Of a DNA stretch of 49,024 nucleotides, positions 21,485 through 30,428 are shown in pieces (within the stretch, counting starts at the first letter, position 1; every line of letters starts with the position of its first letter). The notes under the pieces were generated by a model, which did no database searches, was not told where the DNA came from, and was given only the letters and a program-made list of their open reading frames with translations. This stretch comes from Eubacteriales bacterium (GTDB lineage Bacteria; Bacillota; Clostridia; Oscillospirales; CAG-272). The stretch lies in contig JAZSFM010000030.1 in NCBI GenBank assembly GCA_045532215.1, forward strand, positions 1-49,024, in the 5' to 3' direction. Position numbers and translations under genes: made by a program.

Positions 21485-24400
21485 TTACTTTTTGGTAAAA
21501 GTAATGGTAGCATATTCTGCATTGAGAGCATCGATGGTGAAGGTGTAACCCAAGGTGTTACCAAAATCATCGGTAACGGTGGGCAGGGTATCGCCCGCAA
21601 CGTAGGTGTAGTTGTCCTCGCTCGAGAGAACAAACTCGATTAGGTTATCCTCGGTTCCGTATTCGCTGTTCGCACTTGTGTTTGTGTTATAGACGTCATA
21701 GTAGGTTTCGCCATCATATTCCTCGGCATAAAGAACGGAATTGATGTGATATACTACGATGCCATCGCGTGCAAAGAATCCGCCCTCACCTGCATTGAGC
21801 TCGGTACCTGTGTAATACATAATGACGTAATACTCTTGATATGCGCCAAGGGATTCATCCCAGTTGTTTGCAAGAATAATCGTGTCACCGTTCTTTGCAA
21901 ATGCTTCCAAATTCACGGTAACGGTGCTGTCGGTAACAATCAGTTTTGATGTGGTTATCCAACCGTAATTAAACTTGGAGTAGGGGTTATGGTCACCCGG
22001 CATGGAGTCCATCATGTCATATCCGCCAAGAGGATGTTCCTCATATTCAGTGTCGTAGTAGTCATCCGCACCGAGCACGTGGCTGAATTCGTGAATAAAA
22101 GTATAAGGATTAAGGGGATTTGTAGTGTTGTAGTTCACATCACCGTATTCGTCGTATCCTTCAAACACAAACTCGTAGGAAATCCAAATATAATCGTTTG
22201 CGCTAACACCGTCATATTCGTAGTAATACCCCTCGTCATCGGTATAGAGATTCCAATATCTGTAAGCCCAATGGAAATCGTCATCGCCAATGTCGAGTGT
22301 GTTTACCATAACAACTGCGTCAATAATGCCATTGTTATCACTATCGAACTCGGAAAGATCCATAAAGGTAGAGAGATATGCCAGCGCCTCATCCAAAATG
22401 AGTTGGTCGCCGATTGCTACCTCGTCACCGTAATAATCATAGGTGGCGTATTCGTAATAGCTGCTGTTGTTTTGGGGGCGGAACCAAGTGTCAAGTACCG
22501 TGATGTCAAGATCAAGTGTTTGATAACTTGAAATGAAGAAATAATCGTGAACGGAGTAATAGGAGTTGTCGGTGCCACCAAATATCTTTTCGATGGTTTC
22601 AATCGAATATCCTTTGCTTGCGGCAGTGATGTCGCTAAATTCAACGGGGATGACAAGCACTGCGGGGCTACCGGTGGTGGGGCAGCCGTCAATGTAATAT
22701 CCTTGGTCGGTGACATTTTGCACGTAATTTCCCTTGGTGAAATCAACGTCATAGATGCCGCCATCACTTTCGGGGAGTCCTTTTCCATCGTTGGTGATGA
22801 CATTTGCGTCGGTGTTCGTGCCACCGTTGCCGCTATCACCGTTACCATCGGAGTTGCCGGAATCTTCGGTTAACGTATAAACGTAAACGTCAACGACGTA
22901 TGCGTTCTCATAGTAATAGTAGGACATATCAACGTAAACGTCGCCTTTGGAGTAATAATACCAAGTGTCACCGTATTCGTCTGTGTCGGTACCGTCGTTT
23001 GTGTAAGAAGAGAAGAGAGCACGGTATGCATCAAATTCTGCTTGCGTGTTGCCAAAAGCATAGAAGTTAACGCCAGCTTCACCCTCAAGCTCGTATTCTT
23101 CTACGTAGTATTCGTCATTCGAAAGGAAGGGAATAACAAGCCCTACAGAGGAGTTGAAGAGTGCTGTCTCGTCGTTTGTGAATTGCGTATAGGTGTGGTT
23201 GGGTGTGTTGCCACCTTGCTCACCACCTTGGTTTCCGCCTGCGGACTCGACTTTTACAACATAAACATAAACAGAGCCGTTGTAGGTTGCCATTTCGATG
23301 GTGCCTTGGTAGTTTTTGATGTAACCGTATGCTGTAATGGTGTCGCCAACAGAGAAGCCGGTGATGCCGTCGCCCATATTGATGGTATAAATGAGCATTT
23401 CGGTTGTGCCGTCGGTGAAATAGACGTTCTTATAGTAGTTTTTCGCTTCGCCAATCGCGGTTACCGTTCCTTTTACGTAGAAAGCTTGCATGGAGCTTTC
23501 ACCGGCTGCAAGATTCGCACACACATTATACGCATAGGTGGTACTTACAGGAGTATTCAGTGTGCCGTAGTTGATTTCGGGTTCCACAGGATCGGTTTCT
23601 TCACCTCCCGTGTTACCGTTGTCACTCTCTACGTAGATGTACATATCTACAACGTATGCACCTTCGTAATAATAGAAAGACATATCAACATAGATGCCAT
23701 CCTTGGAGTAAAAATACCAAGTGTCACCGTATTCATCTACGTTAGTGCCATCGTTTTGATAGGAAGAGAAGAGCGCACGGTATGCATCAAATTCCGCTTG
23801 CGTGTTACCAAAGGTATAGAAGTTGATACCTGCTTCTCCCTCAAACTCGTATTCTTCTACGTAGTATTCATCATTCGGGATAAAGGGAATGACGAGCCCT
23901 ACGGTGTTGTTGAAGAGTGTCTTTTCCTCATCGGTAAAGTCGGTATAAAGATGACCGGATGTGTTGCCGCCTTGCTCACCACCTTGGTTGCCACCGGTAG
24001 ATTCAACCTTTACAACGTAAACGTAAACAGAGGAGTTGTAGGTTGCCATTTCGATGGTGCCTTGGTAGTTTTTGATGTAACCGTATGCCGTAATGGTGTC
24101 GCCAACAGAGAAGCCGGTGATGCCATCGCTCATATTGATGGTGTAGATGAGCATTTCGGTTGTGCCATCTGTGAAATAGACGTTCTTATAGTAGTTTTTC
24201 GCCTCGCCAATCGCGGTTACCTTTCCCTTTACGTAGAAAGGTTGCATAGAACTCTCTCCGTCTGCAAGGTTTGCACATACGGTATGCGCATAGGTGGTGC
24301 TTACAGGAGCGTTCAGCGTGCCGTAGTTGATTTCGGGGGTGGGAGGTGTAATTTCCGACTCCGGAGTTGTAATCTCGGGTGTGGTTGTTTCGGGTGTGGT

Positions 24401-24682
24401 TGCTTCGGGCGTAGTCACCTCAGGAGTTGTAGTCTCGGGAGTAGTCACCTCTGGAGTAGTCACCTCGGGTTGAGTGGGGTTTGTTTCGCTTCCCGATTCC
24501 TTGGGTGTCTCGGTCGGGGTGGTCGATTCAGAATTTTGGGGGGGATTTGGCTGCGTATCTTTTCCATTCGTGTCGACTGTGGTAGTTTCAGTCTTGGAAG
24601 AGAGAGAGAGCAGCTTGTCGCAAGATGTGAGCACTGCCAACATCAAAAACAAAGATAACAGTAAACAGATTATTTTTTTCAT
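21485..24682 (-). CDS. Surface lipoprotein with PEVTT linker, duplicated two-domain unit and C-terminal M6-like (InhA) zinc metalloprotease
   Basis: Lipobox LTSC; PE(V/T/A/I)TT repeats; 252-aa duplication; VLVIPVEFSD, DSDNNGIIDAV, HEFSHVLGADDYY, GYDMM, HNPYSKFNYGW. Confidence 0.85.
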   Translation of the reverse strand: MKKIICLLLSLFLMLAVLTSCDKLLSLSSKTETTTVDTNGKDTQPNPPQNSESTTPTETPKESGSETNPTQPEVTTPEVTTPETTTPEVTTPEATTPETTTPEITTPESEITPPTPEINYGTLNAPVSTTYAHTVCANLADGESSMQPFYVKGKVTAIGEAKNYYKNVYFTDGTTEMLIYTINMSDGITGFSVGDTITAYGYIKNYQGTIEMATYNSSVYVYVVKVESTGGNQGGEQGGNTSGHLYTDFTDEEKTLFNNTVGLVIPFIPNDEYYVEEYEFEGEAGINFYTFGNTQAEFDAYRALFSSYQNDGTNVDEYGDTWYFYSKDGIYVDMSFYYYEGAYVVDMYIYVESDNGNTGGEETDPVEPEINYGTLNTPVSTTYAYNVCANLAAGESSMQAFYVKGTVTAIGEAKNYYKNVYFTDGTTEMLIYTINMGDGITGFSVGDTITAYGYIKNYQGTIEMATYNGSVYVYVVKVESAGGNQGGEQGGNTPNHTYTQFTNDETALFNSSVGLVIPFLSNDEYYVEEYELEGEAGVNFYAFGNTQAEFDAYRALFSSYTNDGTDTDEYGDTWYYYSKGDVYVDMSYYYYENAYVVDVYVYTLTEDSGNSDGNGDSGNGGTNTDANVITNDGKGLPESDGGIYDVDFTKGNYVQNVTDQGYYIDGCPTTGSPAVLVIPVEFSDITAASKGYSIETIEKIFGGTDNSYYSVHDYFFISSYQTLDLDITVLDTWFRPQNNSSYYEYATYDYYGDEVAIGDQLILDEALAYLSTFMDLSEFDSDNNGIIDAVVMVNTLDIGDDDFHWAYRYWNLYTDDEGYYYEYDGVSANDYIWISYEFVFEGYDEYGDVNYNTTNPLNPYTFIHEFSHVLGADDYYDTEYEEHPLGGYDMMDSMPGDHNPYSKFNYGWITTSKLIVTDSTVTVNLEAFAKNGDTIILANNWDESLGAYQEYYVIMYYTGTELNAGEGGFFARDGIVVYHINSVLYAEEYDGETYYDVYNTNTSANSEYGTEDNLIEFVLSSEDNYTYVAGDTLPTVTDDFGNTLGYTFTIDALNAEYATITFTKK
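22875..24337 (-). repeat. Intragenic tandem duplication, period 756 bp
   Basis: GTGCCGTAGTTGATTTCGG at 24318 and 23562, followed by long near-identical stretches. Confidence 0.9.
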
Positions 24683-24935
24683 ATACTTGCCATTCCTCCA
24701 TTGTTTTGGTATCTAATATTGTAGCACGGTTTGGCTAAAAAATCAAGGTGTTTTATGCTTTTTATACTATTTTTGAAAAGCAAATTCAATAAATTTAATT
24801 TTTACGTCCTTCCAGAGGAGTTTCAAAACGGCAGATGCTCACAATTTTGCCCACATCCCTTGCAACGCTTGCCGATTTATGATATAATAATGTCATAAGC
24901 ACCACTCAAAATCAAGTAACTGAAAGCGAGTAAAA

Positions 24936-25280
24936 ATGACACACCAAATGAACCTCCATGCCGCTCCGTTTGATAACATTGCGCGCGGCATCAAAACCAT
25001 CGAATTGCGCTTGTATGACGAAAAACGCCGCCGTATCAAAGTGGGCGACGAGATCGTGTTCACACACTCCAAAGACTTCGCGCGCACATTGCACTGCCGT
25101 GTGATTGCGTTGCACATCTTTCCCTCGTTTGAGGAGCTTTACAGCACCTTGCCACTCCTCAAATGCGGCTACACCGAGGACGACATCGACACCGCCGCTC
25201 CTGCAGATATGGATCTCTACTATTCAAAAGAGAAGCAAGAGAAATACGGCGTGGTAGGAATCGAAATAGAATTGATATAA
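24936..25280 (+). CDS. ASCH domain (PUA-like RNA-binding) protein
   Basis: GIKTIELRLYDEKRRRIKVGDEIVF..YGVVGIEI. Confidence 0.85.
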   Translation: MTHQMNLHAAPFDNIARGIKTIELRLYDEKRRRIKVGDEIVFTHSKDFARTLHCRVIALHIFPSFEELYSTLPLLKCGYTEDDIDTAAPADMDLYYSKEKQEKYGVVGIEIELI

Positions 25281-25453
25281 AGCAAATCCTCACAGATCTT
25301 TGCGCTCTGTGGGGATTTTTATTATTGTTTACACATTTTTCTCAAAACTATGGTATAATAGAAAAAAACTCTCAAAATTTTTTACAGCTTTTCAAAATTT
25401 TGTCGACTGTATTTATGAAGGGCCTTTCAGACTATCACAGAAGGAGGTGCGAT

Positions 25454-26044
25454 ATGGAACTTCAAACCAAGCAAGCCGCTACAATGAGCGATGAGCAGAT
25501 CGTTGCGCTGTATTGGCAACGCGACGAGCAAGCCATCAGACAGACCGATATTAAGTATAAGAGGTTTTTGCTATCCGTTGCGTATAACATTGTGCACGAT
25601 GTTTACGATAGCGAAGAATGTCTCAACGATACATATATCGGGGCTTGGAATTCGATTCCCCCAGCAAGACCTACGTTACTGCAAGCATTTCTTGCTACCA
25701 TTATGCGTCGGACGGCAATCGATTGCTATAAAGCAAAAAAGCGTCAAAAGCGGATGGCATCAGAATTGACTGTGTCTTTGTCCGAGGTTGAAGATTTCAT
25801 ATCCGTCGACGATGATATGTATTCCCAAACAGATGCAAAAGAGCTTGGTAGGGTAATCAGCGATTTTGTTCGTTCTCTTTCGGAGCGCCGTATGTATATT
25901 TTTATGAGCAGGTATTACATTGCGCGACCGATCAAGGAGATCGCCAAACTACTCGATTGCAGTGAGTCAACAGTCAACAAAGAGATCGCGCTCATCAAAC
26001 GCGGTCTGAGAGAAAAACTTGAAAAGGAGGGTTATGTTCTATGA
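25454..26044 (+). CDS. ECF RNA polymerase sigma-70 factor
   Basis: RBS AAGGAGG; DSEECLNDTYIGAWNSIPP region 2; region 4 IKEIAKLL. Confidence 0.9.
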   Translation: MELQTKQAATMSDEQIVALYWQRDEQAIRQTDIKYKRFLLSVAYNIVHDVYDSEECLNDTYIGAWNSIPPARPTLLQAFLATIMRRTAIDCYKAKKRQKRMASELTVSLSEVEDFISVDDDMYSQTDAKELGRVISDFVRSLSERRMYIFMSRYYIARPIKEIAKLLDCSESTVNKEIALIKRGLREKLEKEGYVL

Positions 26045-27480
26045 AGGAAGATGAATTTTTAGATGGTGTCAGTAACATCGAATCGGATGTCGTAGAACGT
26101 TTTGTGCTTATGGATAATATGTTTCAAATGAAAGCTAACAAATCAAAAAGGGTATGGCTTCGCCTCGGCGCACTTGCGGCGTGTTTGGCTATCATAGCGG
26201 GTGCGATTTTTGTTCTGCCGATGCTACGAGGAGATGATCCGGGGGAAATTCCGGGCACGGGAACTACGGGTGATCCTGGGAATACTCCGAATCCGGGAAC
26301 CGACAATGAAAATAAAAGACCGAATATCCCGATTTTAAACATTCAAGCACTGTCTTCTGCACCGCAGTATTACGGAAGTGAAAATAGCGAATCCGGTGGG
26401 ACGTCTGCAGAAGTAAACACCGAGGGCATTTCTGTAACCGCACGATTGTTAGAGGTTCTTCCGGACACCTATACTTTTTACGATGATTGGAAGCAAACAG
26501 AGTTTTACTTGCTGAAAATGGAAACGGTAAAGCTTCTCAAGGGCGAAAAAATGACCGATGTCTTTTACTATATTGTTCCCGTGCAATTTATGAGAGATTA
26601 TACCGTTTTTGATAAATTTGTAATTGTAAATATGGGACAATACGGGTACGAGCATTCCGTTCTTTATAACAAAACGCAAAACTGTGCCGAGCAGCTCGAT
26701 ATAGTTCTTATGGGGTATGTTAATATACATTTTGACCGTATGGACGGATTTTTTATGGCGTTTGACGAAAACGGGAATTTTGCTTGGTCCCCCTCGGAAT
26801 GGACAAATGATCAATATGCAAACGGATATACGCTTACACAAGCTGAAGAAGAGCACAGCTATGCTAATGGAGACCGTTACGTTCATACCCTTGAGAGCGT
26901 CAGTGGGGAAGCTACAGGTGCCTTGGAATACATCAAATCCTTTGAAAACGGACTTTATATACCGGATGGAGACGGATGGAAGGCGGCGTATTCTCCCGAG
27001 GTGCAGCTTGGCTTCCGCAGATATATCAACGGATTTGCAACCAATGAAAGAGGAAAAATTTATTCGGATAGCGTGAATTGGTCAAAGGCGCGATTTACAC
27101 AAGAGGATGAGATTGCCTTGCCTGATCTGACATCGGCATATGCGGCAGTTAAAAACGCATTTGAAAACGGAGATATTCTCCCACCACACATTCAAAAATA
27201 TGAGGAGATGGAGAATACGACCCACGGCATTTTTGGCTGGTACGCGAAAACAGAGAGCGGCATCATTGGTGTTGTACGTGTAACGTGGTGCTATCTTTCT
27301 GATTCATACAAATTGCACTTCGATGATGCCTACTATATTATTGAATACGGTTCGAATGAATGTAAGGCAATTGAGAGAGATTCCTTGCTTGAAAAGTTTG
27401 GCTCATATGAAAAGGACTATATTTATACGGGAAAATATGATGAAAACGGCAAAGAGCGATATGTAATTCCTATGCCGTAA
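26041..27480 (+). CDS. Membrane-anchored putative anti-sigma factor with extracellular domain
   Basis: Overlaps the sigma stop (ATGA); short N-terminus, single TM segment, Pro/Gly/Thr linker, large C-terminal domain. Confidence 0.6.
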   Translation: MKEDEFLDGVSNIESDVVERFVLMDNMFQMKANKSKRVWLRLGALAACLAIIAGAIFVLPMLRGDDPGEIPGTGTTGDPGNTPNPGTDNENKRPNIPILNIQALSSAPQYYGSENSESGGTSAEVNTEGISVTARLLEVLPDTYTFYDDWKQTEFYLLKMETVKLLKGEKMTDVFYYIVPVQFMRDYTVFDKFVIVNMGQYGYEHSVLYNKTQNCAEQLDIVLMGYVNIHFDRMDGFFMAFDENGNFAWSPSEWTNDQYANGYTLTQAEEEHSYANGDRYVHTLESVSGEATGALEYIKSFENGLYIPDGDGWKAAYSPEVQLGFRRYINGFATNERGKIYSDSVNWSKARFTQEDEIALPDLTSAYAAVKNAFENGDILPPHIQKYEEMENTTHGIFGWYAKTESGIIGVVRVTWCYLSDSYKLHFDDAYYIIEYGSNECKAIERDSLLEKFGSYEKDYIYTGKYDENGKERYVIPMP

Positions 27481-27507
27481 ACCTTCAATACGTATTCATT
27501 TTACACT

Positions 27508-27536
27508 CCCCACCGAGAACATCGGTGGGGATTTTT
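27508..27536 (+). terminator. Intrinsic terminator
   Basis: CCCCACCGA-GAACA-TCGGTGGGG followed by ATTTTT. Confidence 0.7.
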
Positions 27537-27567
27537 GCGCCCATTTGTAAACATTCGCACACCCCGG

Positions 27568-27596
27568 TTGACAGAACGCCCAAAAGAGAGTATAAT
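27568..27596 (+). promoter_or_regulatory. Sigma-A promoter
   Basis: TTGACA-17-TATAAT. Confidence 0.75.
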
Positions 27597-27640
27597 GATG
27601 GGGAAGAAAAACGGATCTGTTTTCAAAGAAAGGACACCCC

Positions 27641-28303
27641 ATGAAACTCTGCATCTTTGATCTCGACGGTACTATTCTCGATACTGTCGGCAGCATTGCG
27701 CATTACGGCAATCTTGCTTTGCAAAAACACAATATTGAACCAATAGACGAGAGGGAATACCAATACTTTGCAGGTGACGGTGCCAAAATTCTCATCAGAC
27801 GAATGTTGGAGTACCGTTCTTGCTACAGCGATGAACTCCACGCCTCGGTGTTCAAACTCTATAATGAAATGTATAATGCCGACGTTACCTGCAAAACCGT
27901 TATTTTTGACGGTTTGAAGAAAATTCTTGACCGTCTCAAAGCGGATGGCTACCGCTTTGCCGTCATCTCCAACAAGCCCGACTTTGCCGCCAAAACCGTT
28001 GCCACCGCCTTATATGGCGAAGGTTATTTTGACCGCATTGTTGGACAAAAAGAGGGAAGTGCCCTCAAGCCGGATCCCAACGAAGTTCTCGCCGTTATGA
28101 AAGATCTTGGTGCAAGTGCGAGAGGTTGCGTTTATGTAGGCGACACCGACACCGATATGAAAACGGGCAAAAACGCAAATCTTTATACCATTGGCGTTCT
28201 TTGGGGCTTCCGCGGTCGCGAGGAATTGGAAGCAAGCGGAGCAGATGCTATCGTGGCAACACCCGAGGAACTCTATCAAATTATTATCAAACTGATGGGA
28301 TAG
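27641..28303 (+). CDS. HAD-superfamily phosphatase (phosphoglycolate phosphatase-like)
   Basis: DLDGTILD, SNK, KPDP, VGDTDTD. Confidence 0.88.
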   Translation: MKLCIFDLDGTILDTVGSIAHYGNLALQKHNIEPIDEREYQYFAGDGAKILIRRMLEYRSCYSDELHASVFKLYNEMYNADVTCKTVIFDGLKKILDRLKADGYRFAVISNKPDFAAKTVATALYGEGYFDRIVGQKEGSALKPDPNEVLAVMKDLGASARGCVYVGDTDTDMKTGKNANLYTIGVLWGFRGREELEASGADAIVATPEELYQIIIKLMG

Positions 28304-28530
28304 TATTGGCTATCCCATTTTTTTATTGTTTGCAAACTACTCGAAAATTGCAAAAAAATCTGCAAACTTTTCCATTCATAAATTGATTTTGACGGTGAAC
28401 AATAGTAACAGAGCCGCAACAAAGCGACTCAATGATATAGATAAACGAGCGGCAAACGTTTTGTGTATTGCGAATTCCTCAAGAATGAACGGTACATAAA
28501 ACACACAACCGTTCAGAAGAGGAGAAAAAC

Positions 28531-28728
28531 ATGGCAAGCAACAAGACTCTTGTTCCCGAGGCAAAGGAAGCCCTGGAGAGATTCAAGATGGAAGCTGCAA
28601 ACGAAGTTGGCGTTAACCTTAAGCAAGGTTACAACGGCGACATCACTGCACGTCAAGCCGGTTCCGTAGGCGGTCAGATGGTTAAGAAGATGATCGAGTC
28701 CTATGAGAACTCCCTCAAGACGAAATAA
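28531..28728 (+). CDS. Alpha/beta-type small acid-soluble spore protein
   Basis: FKMEAANEVGV..TARQAGSVGGQMVKKMI; RBS AGAGGAG. Confidence 0.93.
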   Translation: MASNKTLVPEAKEALERFKMEAANEVGVNLKQGYNGDITARQAGSVGGQMVKKMIESYENSLKTK

Positions 28729-28858
28729 GGAAAGCCCTTATAGTCGGCATAAAGAAATAGTTTTTCTTTGTGCAAATATTGAAAAAAGAAGACATGTGTC
28801 GATTTTTTCAAAATCTCAAGCCCGTTGACACGCTTTAGATGTAAAGCGGTATAGCGGC

Positions 28859-28897
28859 ACGCCCCACCCCTGTTGATTGGAGTGGGGCGTTTTTTTA
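28859..28897 (+). terminator. Intrinsic terminator
   Basis: ACGCCCCAC..GTGGGGCGT followed by a T tract. Confidence 0.7.
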
Positions 28898-28998
28898 TTT
28901 TGTGTACTATTGACTTTTTATAAAATTTATGTTATACTTTTTGCAACAGCCCACCGTCCCATAACGGGGCGTGGGGCATTTTTTGTTTAGGAGGGACT

Positions 28999-29280
28999 AT
29001 GGAAAAGATTGCACTTGCACGTCTTGAAATGCTCAATCAAATAAAATTGACCGATGCGCAAAAGGATGACGTGCTTTCGTTTTTTGCAAAACGCGAAGAA
29101 GAACTCGTCTCTCTTGATGAAATCGATACTTCTAAGGCCGAGCCAATGGTACACGTAATGCCCACCGCAATCGCCTTGCGTGAAGATGTTATAGAGCAAC
29201 CTTTCACTCGCCAAGATTTGCAAGCCCAAGCCCCCGCCGCCGATGCAGGATACTGGTGCGTGCCTCGTGTGATAGAATGA
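28999..29280 (+). CDS. gatC: Asp/Glu-tRNA amidotransferase subunit C
   Basis: LDEIDTSKAEPM..LRED..VPRVIE; first gene of gatCAB. Confidence 0.85.
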   Translation: MEKIALARLEMLNQIKLTDAQKDDVLSFFAKREEELVSLDEIDTSKAEPMVHVMPTAIALREDVIEQPFTRQDLQAQAPAADAGYWCVPRVIE

Positions 29281-29293
29281 TGGGAGGGGAAAT

Positions 29294-30427
29294 ATGAACG
29301 AACAAAACATGAACAGAATCATTATTGACGATATGTTTTTGACCGTTGATGTTCCCACCACTGCGGGCTCCAAAATTTTGGAGGGCTATCAAAGTCCTAC
29401 CCAAGCAACGGCTATTACCAAAGCGCAGGCGGCAGGATATGTGCTTGCTATGAAAACGCCCGTGGGCGAGTTTGCCATCGACCTGTTGGGCGAAACCGCT
29501 GTCAGCGCTGCTTGGGGGCGTGAGGGCATTCTCAAAAACGCAACCGCACAAATGCTTTGGTGGGAGAATGACGCTAAAGGAGCATTCTGTCTTGACGTCA
29601 ACGGATATCCCCGTCGCGCCGCCGCGCAAATGGGGCTTGTTTGCCTCAAACCTACTCACGGGGCAGTTTCGCGGCAAGGGATTGTTTCTGTTGCCGCATC
29701 AGGTGAGACAGTTGACATCCTTGCAAAAACTGTTGAAGATTGCCGCGACCTCTTCAATGCCGTTGTCGATGTCCCCCAACAAAACACCGCTCCTATCCGT
29801 CGCGTTGCGCTTTTGACCTCGCTTGATACCGACATGAACCCTGAAGTAAAGCGAAAAATCGACACCGCTATCTCTAACCTTGAAAAGTGTGGAATTTCTA
29901 CAACGTATATCGAAAACAGCGCTTCTTGTGCGGCAAAAGCAGCTTGGAACATCATTTTGTGTGCCGAACTTTGCAAAAGCACCGCACGTTATGACGGTAT
30001 TCGCTACGGTCACAGAACCGAGCATTTTTCAGGACTTGACGAACTTTATACGAATAGCCGAACCGAAGGTTTTGGCGACCTTGTGAAAGCCGCCATTCTT
30101 TACGGCTCGGAGACACTTTCTGCCCAAAACTATCAAACGGTGTACGAAAAGGCACTCCGCGTGCGCCGTGTCATTGTCGACGAATTTGCAAAACTGTTTG
30201 GAGATTTTGATGCCGTTCTGCTACCCGCCTGCTCGCAAATGGGGTACACCGAGGAGCAAATAGGTGGAGATAAATATATTGCTTTTGAAGAAAATCGCTA
30301 TACTGCTCCCGCAACGCTTGCAGGACTCCCTGCGGTGGTTTCGGGTGGCGTGCAGCTAATCGGCAAAGCAAACAGCGAGTACGCACTCCTCGACGTAGCC
30401 AATATTCTTACAGGGGAGGGCAGATAA
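29294..30427 (+). CDS. gatA: Amidotransferase subunit A, shortened, catalytic triad apparently lost
   Basis: TTAGSKILEGY, LKPTHGAVSRQG, ARYDGIRYG, SRTEGFG; lacks KD, GGSSGGS and DTGGSIR. Confidence 0.85.
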   Translation: MNEQNMNRIIIDDMFLTVDVPTTAGSKILEGYQSPTQATAITKAQAAGYVLAMKTPVGEFAIDLLGETAVSAAWGREGILKNATAQMLWWENDAKGAFCLDVNGYPRRAAAQMGLVCLKPTHGAVSRQGIVSVAASGETVDILAKTVEDCRDLFNAVVDVPQQNTAPIRRVALLTSLDTDMNPEVKRKIDTAISNLEKCGISTTYIENSASCAAKAAWNIILCAELCKSTARYDGIRYGHRTEHFSGLDELYTNSRTEGFGDLVKAAILYGSETLSAQNYQTVYEKALRVRRVIVDEFAKLFGDFDAVLLPACSQMGYTEEQIGGDKYIAFEENRYTAPATLAGLPAVVSGGVQLIGKANSEYALLDVANILTGEGR

Positions 30428-30428
30428 T

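Noticed and set aside
22875-24337. DGR template/variable repeat pair
   Set aside because: Both copies are in-frame domains of one protein, differences are not obviously adenine-specific, and there is no reverse transcriptase in the window
24340-24470. CRISPR-like short periodic repeats
   Set aside because: 15-bp in-frame coding repeats (PEVTT) without spacers; no cas genes
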